DNA from: an uncultured Dehalococcoidia bacterium
GTDB taxonomy: Bacteria > Chloroflexota > Dehalococcoidia > Lucifugimonadales > UBA826
Reading direction: 5' to 3'
Assembly (NCBI GenBank): GCA_964500645.1
Contig: CAZCOH010000006.1
Span: 1,492-65,491, forward strand
DNA length: 64,000 nt
Position numbers and translations under genes: made by a program. Under the pieces are notes generated by a model that saw only the letters and a program-made list of their open reading frames with translations, ran no database searches and had not been told where the DNA came from. Positions within the stretch are counted from its first letter, which is position 1. Each line of letters begins with the position of its first letter. Shown piece by piece: positions 1 to 9,639 of this stretch.

Positions 1-1
1 C

Positions 2-2161
2 AACACACCAACTGGATCACTAGATCCTAACAGTGACACCGGATCTTCTAATTCAGACAACAACACCGCTGATAATACGCCCAGTTCAATAGGAACAGCG
101 GAAGCTAATTCTTCAATTTCTATCTGGCTCGGTAATAGTATTGTTGATACCTCGGTGGTTGATGGTTCAGGCAACTGGATCTATACATTGTCTCCTGCTG
201 TAACGGATGGATATTATCCCCTTGTAGTTAAAGCGACTGACGCAGCAGGAAATGTGAGCAATAGCTCCTCTGTTATTGGCATCACCGTAGATACTCAATC
301 TCCCGGTGTTCCGACTGCCCCAGATTTACAACCTTCCAGTGATTCGGGCATTTCTAACACTGATGATTTAACTAATGTTTCCAAACCTACCTTCTCGGGA
401 TCCACGCAGGTTGGATTTAAGGTAAATCTTACTCTTGGCGGAATGTTAGCTTTGGGAGAGAGCACTGCCGATGGCAGTGGGGCATGGAGCATACAGTCTT
501 CAGCGACTTTGAATGATGCAACTTATCCAATAGGTATTACTGTCACGGATCTTGCAGGAAATGTGAGTGCTATATCCCCGTATACATCTTTGACCGTTGA
601 TACTATTGCTCCGTCAGTACCTTCTATGCCTGATCTCATTGCTGCTTCTGACACTGGTGAGTCGAACACTGACGACATTACTTTTGATACCACTCCTTAT
701 TTATCCGGGACTGCAGATGCAAATGAGGCAATAACAATCCAGATTGGAGCTTCAGCTATAGGATCAGGGCAGGTTGATGGCCAGGGGAATTGGTTGCTGG
801 AAACCTCGTTACTTACTGAAGGGACCAGATCAATAACAGCATTTTCTACCGATTCTGCAGGTAACCAGAGTACAGCTGGCGTGGCAATATCCCTCAACAT
901 TGATACGACTTCGCCATCGGTAGGTAATCCCGATCTTTCCGTTCAGAGTGACTCGGGATTGTCTAGTAGTGACAATGTCACCAATGACCGAACCCCAACA
1001 TTCACAGGTACTTCTGAAAGTAATATCTCATTAAGTCTACTGGCGAACGCAATTTCGATGGGTAGCATGAATTCTAACGGGTCGGGTAATTGGACATTCA
1101 CCCCTTCAGGTCCTATGTCAGATGGGACTTATTCCGTAATGGCGAGCGCAACAGACACCGCGGGAAACACATCTAATTCTTCTTCTATTAATGTAAATAT
1201 TGATACAGTAGGACCGAACTCTGGAAAGCCCGATCTTATTAGTTCTAGTGACTCAAACGTTTCTAATGACAATATCACGATAGACAGAACTCCATCTTTT
1301 TCTGGAACATCTTCAGAAAATGGGACTGTGAATCTCTACGGAAATTTTGTTGAAATTGGGACAACTGCTATATCCTCAAATAATTATTCGTTTACTTCAC
1401 CACAGCTCTCTGATGGTCTTTATAGAATAGAGGCGGTGTCTACTGATATCGCTGGAAACAGAGGATCTACCTCGACTCAAATGATCATGTATGTTGATAA
1501 TTCTCCACCGGTTGTCGGTAATTTTTCTCTTCCGCCCGCACTTGAGGGAGATGAAGTTAATGTCTCAGTTCAATTTGCAGACTCCTCTCCTCAATCGCAG
1601 ACTCACTCATCCATAATCGACTGGGGTGATGGGACACAGAGCGCAGGAGTTGTTGCTGGAGGATATGTAACAGGTGCGCATGCATTTAGTGATAATGGTT
1701 TCTACAATGTAACTGTTATTGTAACGGATGCCGAAAATATGAATGACTCGAGTTCATCGGCTGCAACTATACTAAATGCGAACCCTACAGTAATAATTGA
1801 AAGTTCTACGAAGGTTTTGGTAGCTGGTCAAAATTCTATGAGTGCAATTAACTTTGTCGATGCATCAGGAGATACCCATACCGCGACAGTCGATTGGGGG
1901 GATGGGACAATTTCTTCTGCGAATGTCCGCAGGAGTCACATAGAAGCATCACATACCTACCAGGTAGCTGGAACATATAACTCTGTTATTACTGTCTTGG
2001 ATGACGATGGCGGAGAGTCGTCAGGATTGTTAACATTCGTTGTTAGTCAGCCGGAAGCCACTATATCTATTCCGTCGTTATCTGGCTGGGGGATAGCGGT
2101 TTTTATTATCCTTGTCGGGTCTGTTTCAGTGATCAGAAGATATAAAGCCGTAAGAAGCTAA
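2..2161 (+). CDS. Surface/adhesin-like protein (5'-partial): tandem Ig-like repeats, two PKD-like modules, C-terminal TM anchor
   Basis: The frame is open from nt 2, so the track's GTG at 155 is internal. About 100-aa units recur 4-5 times, each starting (V/I)DTxxPxxxxPDLxxxSD(S/T)GxSxxDxxTNxxxPTFSGT. Two DWGDGT modules follow. The protein ends in the helix GWGIAVFIILVGSVSVI plus the basic tail RRYKAVRS. Confidence 0.75.
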   Translation, partial: NTPTGSLDPNSDTGSSNSDNNTADNTPSSIGTAEANSSISIWLGNSIVDTSVVDGSGNWIYTLSPAVTDGYYPLVVKATDAAGNVSNSSSVIGITVDTQSPGVPTAPDLQPSSDSGISNTDDLTNVSKPTFSGSTQVGFKVNLTLGGMLALGESTADGSGAWSIQSSATLNDATYPIGITVTDLAGNVSAISPYTSLTVDTIAPSVPSMPDLIAASDTGESNTDDITFDTTPYLSGTADANEAITIQIGASAIGSGQVDGQGNWLLETSLLTEGTRSITAFSTDSAGNQSTAGVAISLNIDTTSPSVGNPDLSVQSDSGLSSSDNVTNDRTPTFTGTSESNISLSLLANAISMGSMNSNGSGNWTFTPSGPMSDGTYSVMASATDTAGNTSNSSSINVNIDTVGPNSGKPDLISSSDSNVSNDNITIDRTPSFSGTSSENGTVNLYGNFVEIGTTAISSNNYSFTSPQLSDGLYRIEAVSTDIAGNRGSTSTQMIMYVDNSPPVVGNFSLPPALEGDEVNVSVQFADSSPQSQTHSSIIDWGDGTQSAGVVAGGYVTGAHAFSDNGFYNVTVIVTDAENMNDSSSSAATILNANPTVIIESSTKVLVAGQNSMSAINFVDASGDTHTATVDWGDGTISSANVRRSHIEASHTYQVAGTYNSVITVLDDDGGESSGLLTFVVSQPEATISIPSLSGWGIAVFIILVGSVSVIRRYKAVRS
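290..1500 (+). repeat. In-frame tandem coding repeats (about 300 nt / 100 aa period) of the Ig-like module
   Basis: Repeat boundaries are seen at VDTQSPGVPTAPDL, VDTIAPSVPSMPDL, IDTTSPSVGNPDL, IDTVGPNSGKPDL and VDNSPPVVGNF, roughly every 100 residues. Confidence 0.6.
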
Positions 2162-2207
2162 TCAGGTTCATGCTCAATAAGTTCGAGTTTTTATTAAGAG
2201 GATTTTT

Positions 2208-3032
2208 ATGCAAATAACTCAGCACGTTTTCAATATGCATATCGATGATGGTGCCACCGCTCATCCTGGAGGTAGCAATAATTTTTTTGTAGGAGATCCA
2301 TCCGATGAAATGATATTGATTGATACTGGGGATTATGAAAGAAAATGGACAAAATCAATTATTGATTACTATCGGGAACTTGGTAGTCCTAAAATAACAG
2401 CGATAGTTATTACCCACGGTCATGGAGATCATACGGGGGGGCTGGACAGAGTTCAGGAAGAGACCGGAGCCCAAGTTAGATGTCACCCAAAACTTGTCGA
2501 TAGGTTACGAAAAACACTCGACAATGATGAAATTGTTGTGCCATTGAAATCGAATGAACAACTCAAGACAGGTGGAGGGGTTTCATTGCTTGCATTGTTC
2601 ACCCCTGGACATGAGGTCGATCATGTGTGCTACTACCTGGCTGAAGATAGAGTTATGTTTACTGGTGATGCGGTGTTAGGCGCCAGTTCCACATCTGTTC
2701 GAGATCTGGCAGATTATTTCAAATCCTTGGAATTATTGACGGGATTTGAGCACGATACGGTTTGTCCAGCTCACGGACCCGTAGTTCCTCCGCCCAAAGG
2801 AGGAGGCTTGGTTCAGTGGCAGCTTGATCATAGAATAGGAAGGGAGAATCAAGTTCTTGAGGCATTGCGAAAGGGTCATAATTCTGTTTCAGATATAACT
2901 TCTGATATGTATCCCCCTGACCTTAATGAAAAGCTTAGACCATCCGCCGAAAACAATGTAACCACTCATCTAAAAAAGTTAATTGAAGATGGTGTTGTGG
3001 AAGAGATATCTTCTTCTTATTCACTTAAATAA
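2208..3032 (+). CDS. MBL-fold metallo-hydrolase
   Basis: HxHxDH motif (ITHGHGDHTGG) with downstream ligand-like TPGHEVDH, TGD and PAHG. SD-like AAGAGGA lies upstream of the ATG. Confidence 0.8.
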   Translation: MQITQHVFNMHIDDGATAHPGGSNNFFVGDPSDEMILIDTGDYERKWTKSIIDYYRELGSPKITAIVITHGHGDHTGGLDRVQEETGAQVRCHPKLVDRLRKTLDNDEIVVPLKSNEQLKTGGGVSLLALFTPGHEVDHVCYYLAEDRVMFTGDAVLGASSTSVRDLADYFKSLELLTGFEHDTVCPAHGPVVPPPKGGGLVQWQLDHRIGRENQVLEALRKGHNSVSDITSDMYPPDLNEKLRPSAENNVTTHLKKLIEDGVVEEISSSYSLK

Positions 3033-3050
3033 AAGGCATTGGTAACTATC

Positions 3051-3944
3051 ATGAAGTTTGGTTTTATAATTCCACATAATTACGGGTTAGATGATCCTCA
3101 GGACGTTGTTGACGTTGCATTGAGAGCAGAGGTCATGGGTTTTGATTCGGTCTGGGTTAATCATCATGTACTTCATGCTGGATATATTCTTGATAGATTG
3201 GGAGACAAACCTTATTACGATGCCCTTACGGTACTTACCTACGTTGCAGCACTGACAGAAAAAATACGTCTTGGAACAACCGTGTTAGTTCTTCCGTATT
3301 TGAATCCTTTGGTGCTTGCCAAGTCTCTTGCCACGTTGGACGTTATGAGTCGGGGTAGGTTAATTGTTGGGGCAGGTGTTGGTTCTCTTCAACATGAGTC
3401 CGAATCGCTTGGATCTGATTTTGAGAACAGAGGAGCTTACGCAGATGAGGCTATAGAGATAATGAAGAATCTCTGGATTGAAAATGAGCCTGAATATTCG
3501 GGTAAAAATTTTAATTATTCAGGTGTTAAATTTTCTCCAAAGCCTTTTCAAAAGCCACATCCTCCAATATACATAGGTGGTCAGAGTAGACCGGCAATGA
3601 GAAGGGCAGCGAAATATGGGAATGGTTGGCATCCTATTGGAGTGGGACCAAAAAAACTTTCAGAGAGGCTCTCTGAATTTAAACTTATGGTTGATAGGAA
3701 TAATAGAAAATACGAAGAAATGACTATAAGTGTTAGAGATGAGCTAGATGTGTTGGATTCACCAGCATCTAATTACTCGGGTTCCATGGTTGGGAATCAA
3801 GATCAATTGATAGAAACGATAGAAGAGTATATAGAGTTAGGTGTCTCAGAATTAGTGTTGTCAGTCAGCACTGATAATACTGAAAAAATTAAAATGGTTA
3901 TGGAAAATTTCTCTAAAGGTATTATGCCTAGATTTTCTGACTGA
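3051..3944 (+). CDS. LLM-class (luciferase-like) F420/flavin-dependent oxidoreductase
   Basis: Family pattern GFDSVWVNHH, LGTTVLVLPYLNPLVLAKSLATLDVMSRGRLIVGAGVG and HPPIYIGGQS. The track start is TTG 3039; ATG 3051 (MKFGFIIP) is preferred. Confidence 0.8.
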   Translation: MKFGFIIPHNYGLDDPQDVVDVALRAEVMGFDSVWVNHHVLHAGYILDRLGDKPYYDALTVLTYVAALTEKIRLGTTVLVLPYLNPLVLAKSLATLDVMSRGRLIVGAGVGSLQHESESLGSDFENRGAYADEAIEIMKNLWIENEPEYSGKNFNYSGVKFSPKPFQKPHPPIYIGGQSRPAMRRAAKYGNGWHPIGVGPKKLSERLSEFKLMVDRNNRKYEEMTISVRDELDVLDSPASNYSGSMVGNQDQLIETIEEYIELGVSELVLSVSTDNTEKIKMVMENFSKGIMPRFSD

Positions 3945-4021
3945 CCAGGTAGATGTTAATCTCGCTTCTTGATTAGGAACGTTTTTGATAGTAACAGGAA
4001 CCGGAACTGAAGGTTTGTAAG

Positions 4022-4966
4022 ATGGAATTTGGATTTTATCTCCCAACATTTGGGTCTCTTGCGAAAAGGGAACCTCTCTTGAAAATTGCAGGATATGCGG
4101 AGTCTCTCGGCTATGACTCGATGGTGGTTAGTGACCACGTTGTAGCTCCTATAGATCCGAAATCTCAATACCCTTATTCAGTAGGATCAGAAGTTCCCTG
4201 GGGGAGCACTGGAGAACATCTTGAACTTATATCTGAATTAGCGTTCCTCTCAGCTGCTACCGAAAAAATAAAGCTGGTTTCCAGCGTGATGATTATTCCG
4301 CACAGGAATCCAGTCCTTACAGCGAAAATGTTGTCGACAATTGACGTGTTGTCTAATGGACGCTTAATTGTGGGAGTGGGGGTCGGTTGGTTGGAAGAGG
4401 AATTCGTTGCTTTAGACACCAGACCATTTAAGGAACGAGGTAAGGTGTCTGACGAATATCTGAGTATTTTTAAAACATTATGGACAGAAGAAACTCCAAG
4501 CTATTCGGGCGAATATTACGAATTCAATCCTCTTCAATTTGCTCCCAAACCTATTCAAGAACCAGGGCCACCAATATGGGTAGGAGGGCAAAGTAAGCCA
4601 GCCATTAGACGAGCCGTTAATTTTGGTGATGCCTGGCATCCAGTGGGAGCTAATCCGGCATCCCCACTTGAGCCAAAACAACTAAAAGAAGACCTTGGAT
4701 ATATGGAAGACTATTGCAAGAAAGTTGGGCGTGACTATGCTGAATTGACAGTAGCAATGAAGGCTCCTGTCTATGACAAAGAATTAGAGACTGATGGTGA
4801 GAGAAGAAGATTTTCAGGTAGCCCGGATCAAATTATTGATGATGTTAAGACATACGCTGACCTAGGGGTCAGCCATTTAATTCTGGACACAAGGTCAGCA
4901 GACCTCAACCAGTTCATGGAAAAGATGGCTTGGCTGATGGAACAGGTGATTACTCCATTAAGGTAA
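4022..4966 (+). CDS. LLM-class F420-dependent oxidoreductase (paralog of previous)
   Basis: GYDSMVVSDHV, KLVSSVMIIPHRNPVLTAKMLSTIDVLSNGRLIVGVGVGW and GPPIWVGGQS. The architecture parallels 3051..3944. Confidence 0.8.
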   Translation: MEFGFYLPTFGSLAKREPLLKIAGYAESLGYDSMVVSDHVVAPIDPKSQYPYSVGSEVPWGSTGEHLELISELAFLSAATEKIKLVSSVMIIPHRNPVLTAKMLSTIDVLSNGRLIVGVGVGWLEEEFVALDTRPFKERGKVSDEYLSIFKTLWTEETPSYSGEYYEFNPLQFAPKPIQEPGPPIWVGGQSKPAIRRAVNFGDAWHPVGANPASPLEPKQLKEDLGYMEDYCKKVGRDYAELTVAMKAPVYDKELETDGERRRFSGSPDQIIDDVKTYADLGVSHLILDTRSADLNQFMEKMAWLMEQVITPLR

Positions 4967-4986
4967 AAATTCCTAAATCAACATTT

Positions 4987-6159
4987 TTATTCGTGGACAC
5001 CGCCGGGATTCAATATCTCTCTTGCGATCAACATCTTTTGAACCTCTGTAGGTCCTTCACCTATTCTTCTAATTCGGGCTTCTCTGTACCATCTTTCCAG
5101 TGGTAGCCATTCGGTAACGCCTAATCCGCCATGGATTTGGATAGCATTGTCTACTACTTTTCCTAGAGTGTCGGCTGAATGTAATTTCGCCACTGAGGCG
5201 GCTTGTCTAAAATCTTCACCGTTATCAAATTGCCATGCAGCCTCCCAGATTAACCATCTACAAGCTCTGATTTCAATTTCATTTTCTACTAACATCCATT
5301 GAATGGCCTGTCTTGTTGAAAGAGGAGCACCGAAAGTCTCTCTGGTTTTTGAGTATTCAATTGCCATCTTATGAGCAGCTACCGCTACCCCTAGATTGGC
5401 TGCAGAGTAGGGAATCCTTGCTCTAGCAAGCAACTTGTTAGCAAGTAAGTCCCATCCTTTGTTGACCTCTCCTAGAACGTTTTCACTGGGTACTCTTAAT
5501 TCGTCGAAAAATAATTGGCCTGGGTAATATGCCCTCATAACCGGCACAGGATCTACAGTTAGGCCGGGCCAGTCGTTTTCAACAACGAAAGCAGTTACAC
5601 CGCGCCGGGTCTTGGGGTCAGTCCTGGCGAAAACTATTCCCCAGTCACCCCATGGCGAACCACTTATAAAAATCTTGCTTCCATTTATAATCCAGTCGTC
5701 GCCATCACGTCTCGCAGTAGTTTGGATAGCTCTTGCGGGATCGGAGCCACCACTGGGCTCTGTTATTGCAAACCAACCTTTTTTAGTACTCTCTACGGTG
5801 GGGACTCCATACTTTTGGCTTAAATAATCGCTTCCTGCCCATATGATTTCTGGGGGAGGTGTTCCCATTGTTCCGTATGCCGGGCAGTAAAGCCCTGCAG
5901 CATGCTGAACCATTTCTTCGCTTATTACTACGTTTGCAAATAAAGATAGACCTGCACCACCGTATTCTTCATCGACTCCAGTACACCAGACTCCCAGTTC
6001 TTTTGAAAGTTTGGAAAGTCTTTCAAAATCGTCATCGGGTATTGTTATCGAATCGTGAGGTATTTCTCTTTCTAGAGGGACTATCTCATTTTTTACAAAA
6101 TCTCTTATTAAGTTTCTCGTGAGTCTTAATTCTTCCGGCAATTCGTATTGTTCGGTCAT
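4987..6159 (-). CDS. Acyl-CoA dehydrogenase
   Basis: ACAD pattern FAITEPSGGSDP, DDWIINGSKIFISG, IHGGLGV and RIRRIGEGPTEVQ. Confidence 0.85.
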   Translation of the reverse strand: MTEQYELPEELRLTRNLIRDFVKNEIVPLEREIPHDSITIPDDDFERLSKLSKELGVWCTGVDEEYGGAGLSLFANVVISEEMVQHAAGLYCPAYGTMGTPPPEIIWAGSDYLSQKYGVPTVESTKKGWFAITEPSGGSDPARAIQTTARRDGDDWIINGSKIFISGSPWGDWGIVFARTDPKTRRGVTAFVVENDWPGLTVDPVPVMRAYYPGQLFFDELRVPSENVLGEVNKGWDLLANKLLARARIPYSAANLGVAVAAHKMAIEYSKTRETFGAPLSTRQAIQWMLVENEIEIRACRWLIWEAAWQFDNGEDFRQAASVAKLHSADTLGKVVDNAIQIHGGLGVTEWLPLERWYREARIRRIGEGPTEVQKMLIAREILNPGGVHE

Positions 6160-6187
6160 TTTCCCCTCTTTTGATTAAGTAGAGTTG

Positions 6188-6961
6188 CTATTTTCCCTGG
6201 AAATTAGCTTTTCTTTTCTCTGAAAAAGCTCTTGGCCCTTCTTTGGCGTCATCAGTAGTTTTCAAAATTGATTGCATCATGAATTCCATACGTAAACCTT
6301 GCTCTAAAGACATTGATTGGCTTCTGACTGCCAATTCTTTTATTGCTCTTACGGCAAGTGGCCCATTTTGGCATATTACATGTGCCCTTTCTTCCGCTTC
6401 CTCCAAAAGTTTTTCCATAGGCACTATCGCGTTTATAAGTCCATGTTGAAGAGCCTCTTCAGCGCCTATCCTTTCTCCGCTAAGTAGCAGCCACATAGCC
6501 ACCGGGTAGGGGAGTTGCCTTATCGTCCTTTGTGTTCCCCCGTTACCGGGTAATATCCCTCTTTTTGCCTCCGATAGCCCAAATGTTGCGTGTTCAGCAG
6601 CTATTCTTATATCTGTTGCTAAGAGAAGCGTCATTCCTCCCGCAAGGCAATATCCATTAACCGCCGCAACTACTGGTTTCCAAACTTCTAATCCCCTATT
6701 CAAGATTTGTTCTTCTTGAGTCTGCCAGAGTTCCCATTTTTCAGGTTCACGTGGAATGGTTTTCTTCAGGTCAGCTCCAGCAGAAAAAGATTTCTCCCCG
6801 GCTCCCGTGACTATGGAGCACCAGACTTCTGGATCGTCCCTAACTTCTATCCATGCTTGTGATAGCTCGCTGTACGTTTCCGGGTCCATTGCATTCATTG
6901 CTTCAGGTCTGTTTATAGTTATATATGCAATATGATTTTTCTTTTCAAATATAAGTGCCAT
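6188..6961 (-). CDS. Enoyl-CoA hydratase/isomerase (crotonase) family
   Basis: ITINRPEAMNAMD, TGAGEKSFSAGADLK, AAVNGYCLAGG and GLSEAKRGILPG. Confidence 0.85.
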   Translation of the reverse strand: MALIFEKKNHIAYITINRPEAMNAMDPETYSELSQAWIEVRDDPEVWCSIVTGAGEKSFSAGADLKKTIPREPEKWELWQTQEEQILNRGLEVWKPVVAAVNGYCLAGGMTLLLATDIRIAAEHATFGLSEAKRGILPGNGGTQRTIRQLPYPVAMWLLLSGERIGAEEALQHGLINAIVPMEKLLEEAEERAHVICQNGPLAVRAIKELAVRSQSMSLEQGLRMEFMMQSILKTTDDAKEGPRAFSEKRKANFQGK

Positions 6962-6996
6962 GTATTTTTCTCCTTGAGGTGAAGGTCAGGGTGTTT

Positions 6997-8241
6997 TTAG
7001 CTGTATACTCTGTCTATCGGTACATCCGGTGTGGTCCCTGACTCAGTCAAAGACTTAATTGTCGATGTACGAATTCCAAGTAGATCAGCTAGCACCCATT
7101 GCCTGTGCTCGGCAAAAAGGGGAGCCCGTGTACCTTCAACTGAGTCCATTGTTGAAAATTGGAATGGCAGACCTGGATTTGAAGAAGGCCCCGCATCAGG
7201 ATGATCAAACTGATCGATATATTTTCTGGATCTTAATTGAGGATCTTCCAAGAGATCTGATGCTTTTGAAACAGTCCCTGCCCGTACTCCATCATTTTGA
7301 AGTTGATGCATCGCATCGTTTCTAGTCCTTTTAGATGTCCATGCTTTTATAGCCTCATCTATAGTGGGACTATCCTCTCTTCTATTGCTGACATTGAGGT
7401 ATTTTGTGTCGGTCAAAAAGTCCGTCAAGTCCATGGCAGTACATAGTTTTTCCCACTCGTCATTTGATTCAATGGATATAGCAATCCAAGAATCTTTTCC
7501 TTTACATGGATATATGCCATGCGGGTAGAAATTTAAATCCTCATTACCCATCCTCTTGGGTTCTCTACCTGTGAGTTGATAGGAAATAAACTGTTCTCCA
7601 ATTACTGACATGGTAGCTTCTCTCAGGACTATTTCTATATGTTGCCCTTCACCTGTAATAAATCTTTTATAAAGTGAGGCCATTATGCCTGTTGTCACAT
7701 GGAAGGCGGAGTTGTGATCCGCATAAAAATTACCTGGTTTGTGAGGTGGACCGTCCTGATATCCAGTAACGGACGACAGTCCGCTTAATGCGTCTGTTCC
7801 TGGGCCGAACGATATGTATTGGTTCCAAGGGCCTTCCAATCCAAGAGCTGGCATGGAGATCATTATTATGTCAGGTTTGACTGATCGAAGGTTTTCATAA
7901 TCTAATCCGAGGTTGGCCATCACTCTGGGGCTATAATTCTGTATGACTATGTCACTTATACTGACAAGTTCAAGGAAAGCTTTTCTACCCTCTTCATGAG
8001 TGAGATCCATAGCTATACTTTTTTTAGCTCTGTTGACTTCATTGAATGATGTGACCTGATTATAGGGTCTGTCTCCACTTCCACTGGCGTGCATGGTAAT
8101 GTTTCCTATTGCTCGTCCCCAGGGTAATTCGACTTTTATTACCTCAGCACCGAGTTGAGCCAGAACCCTGGTTGAAACAGGACCTGCTATAACATTTGTG
8201 AGATCCGCTATCCTAACCTTTCCTAATGCGAGATCTGCCAT
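6997..8241 (-). CDS. Family-III (CaiB/BaiF) CoA-transferase, type A1
   Basis: N-terminal GVRIADLTNVIAGPVSTRVLAQLGAEVIKVE and central IIMISMPALGLEGPW. The start abuts the stop of 8242..9468. Confidence 0.85.
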   Translation of the reverse strand: MADLALGKVRIADLTNVIAGPVSTRVLAQLGAEVIKVELPWGRAIGNITMHASGSGDRPYNQVTSFNEVNRAKKSIAMDLTHEEGRKAFLELVSISDIVIQNYSPRVMANLGLDYENLRSVKPDIIMISMPALGLEGPWNQYISFGPGTDALSGLSSVTGYQDGPPHKPGNFYADHNSAFHVTTGIMASLYKRFITGEGQHIEIVLREATMSVIGEQFISYQLTGREPKRMGNEDLNFYPHGIYPCKGKDSWIAISIESNDEWEKLCTAMDLTDFLTDTKYLNVSNRREDSPTIDEAIKAWTSKRTRNDAMHQLQNDGVRAGTVSKASDLLEDPQLRSRKYIDQFDHPDAGPSSNPGLPFQFSTMDSVEGTRAPLFAEHRQWVLADLLGIRTSTIKSLTESGTTPDVPIDRVYS

Positions 8242-9468
8242 TTATATAATCCTGTTCTCGGAGAGATTTTTGTATTCTTCTTCAGGCAATTGAAGAGTAT
8301 CCATATAAATTTCCTGATTATGTTGGCCAAGTAGTGGGGGAGATTCAGTCATCCATTCAGTGGTCCTTAATCTGAAAGGCGAGGTTGGGTATTTCAGTGT
8401 CCCAGCGTGTGAATGATCAATGTCTACAAAAAAATTCCTGTAGGAGTTTTGCGGGTCATTCAGGGTTTCATCAATACTCTGAACCATCGTGAACGGGACT
8501 CGTACTTCTTGCGCTAGAGTTTGTATTTCTTCCCTCGTATGGTTTGAGAGCCATGTCGTTAATAATTCATCTATCTCGTCTGCATGACCCATCATTTCTC
8601 CCAATACTTCGTCCTCGGCCAATCTTTCTGAGCCCGTGAGAAAGGCGAGACCTTCAGGGTTACTGGGAGAATAGTGGACATGCACCCATCCGTCCTTACA
8701 AGGTAACAATCGTGATGGATAGGCAGCAGAAGGTTCTCTTGCTATGAGACGTGTGCCTGCTCTTAAAGGCTCTATTCCACTTCTTTCATATGTTCGGAAA
8801 TATCCAACGCCATCAAAGGTACTTGTGAGAGATTCGGTAGCGGATACGTCTATATATTGTCCTTTGTTGCTAAATAATCTGCCTATTAACGCTGCAACAA
8901 TTGAGAGAGCACCCGATAGTCCACATTGATATTCTGATTGTCTTCCTCCTGCTTTAAGAGGCTCTCTATCTTCGTCTCCTGTTAAATACATATACCCACT
9001 CAGCGCATAAGATGTGATATCTGAACCGAGGTACTCTTTGTATGGTCCTTCCTGACCATAATGGGTCAAAGAAGCCATTACAATTTTTGGATTTAATTCA
9101 GACAGGGTTTCATATGAAATTCCTAGAGCTTTCATTGTTCCGGGGTGAAAGCTTTCCACGATAATGTCAGATGTTGAAACCAAGCCCTTGATAATTTCCA
9201 CAGCTTTGGGGTCGTATACGTCTAGAGTAACGCTTTTTTTCCCGGCATTTAAGTAGAGGAATGGGGCACTGGTTTCAATATTTGGTTCGTCGTTTAAGAA
9301 AGGGCCATATTGTCTTGTTACATCACCGGTTTCGGGGGATTCGACTTTGATTACAGTCGCTCCGAGATCCCTTAGTATTTTTGTGCAATATGAGCCAGCA
9401 TAACCTACGGATAGATCTATTACTTTCAAATTATTTAAGGCGGCTGAGCTTTCCTGAGTCACGTGCAT
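8242..9468 (-). CDS. Family-III CoA-transferase, type B1
   Basis: LKVIDLSVGYAGSYCTKILRDLGATVIKVESP, KKSVTLD and IVMASLTHYGQEGPY. Confidence 0.85.
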   Translation of the reverse strand: MHVTQESSAALNNLKVIDLSVGYAGSYCTKILRDLGATVIKVESPETGDVTRQYGPFLNDEPNIETSAPFLYLNAGKKSVTLDVYDPKAVEIIKGLVSTSDIIVESFHPGTMKALGISYETLSELNPKIVMASLTHYGQEGPYKEYLGSDITSYALSGYMYLTGDEDREPLKAGGRQSEYQCGLSGALSIVAALIGRLFSNKGQYIDVSATESLTSTFDGVGYFRTYERSGIEPLRAGTRLIAREPSAAYPSRLLPCKDGWVHVHYSPSNPEGLAFLTGSERLAEDEVLGEMMGHADEIDELLTTWLSNHTREEIQTLAQEVRVPFTMVQSIDETLNDPQNSYRNFFVDIDHSHAGTLKYPTSPFRLRTTEWMTESPPLLGQHNQEIYMDTLQLPEEEYKNLSENRII

Positions 9469-9639
9469 ATCCCGGTAGTGTAATTCATATTTTTCATGGG
9501 GATTATATCTGGGTTTTGGTTACTTGGGTTTCATTAGTTTATTGAGTAGAGTATTCCTGATATACAATCCTTTCTAGTCCAGGTTAGCTCACTTTTCCCC
9601 ATTACCTGTACGAGTAATTGATGGGTGGATATATAGACC

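Noticed and set aside
2041-2161. Calling the C-terminus of the surface protein a PEP-CTERM/exosortase signal
   Set aside because: A helix plus basic tail is present, but the diagnostic PEP tripeptide is not (only PEA, 20 residues earlier). I only claim a generic C-terminal anchor.
5189-5195. A GCCACTG 'B12 box'-like heptamer, which might indicate a cobalamin riboswitch
   Set aside because: It lies inside the acyl-CoA dehydrogenase coding sequence, with none of the surrounding riboswitch helices. A 7-mer match is expected by chance.
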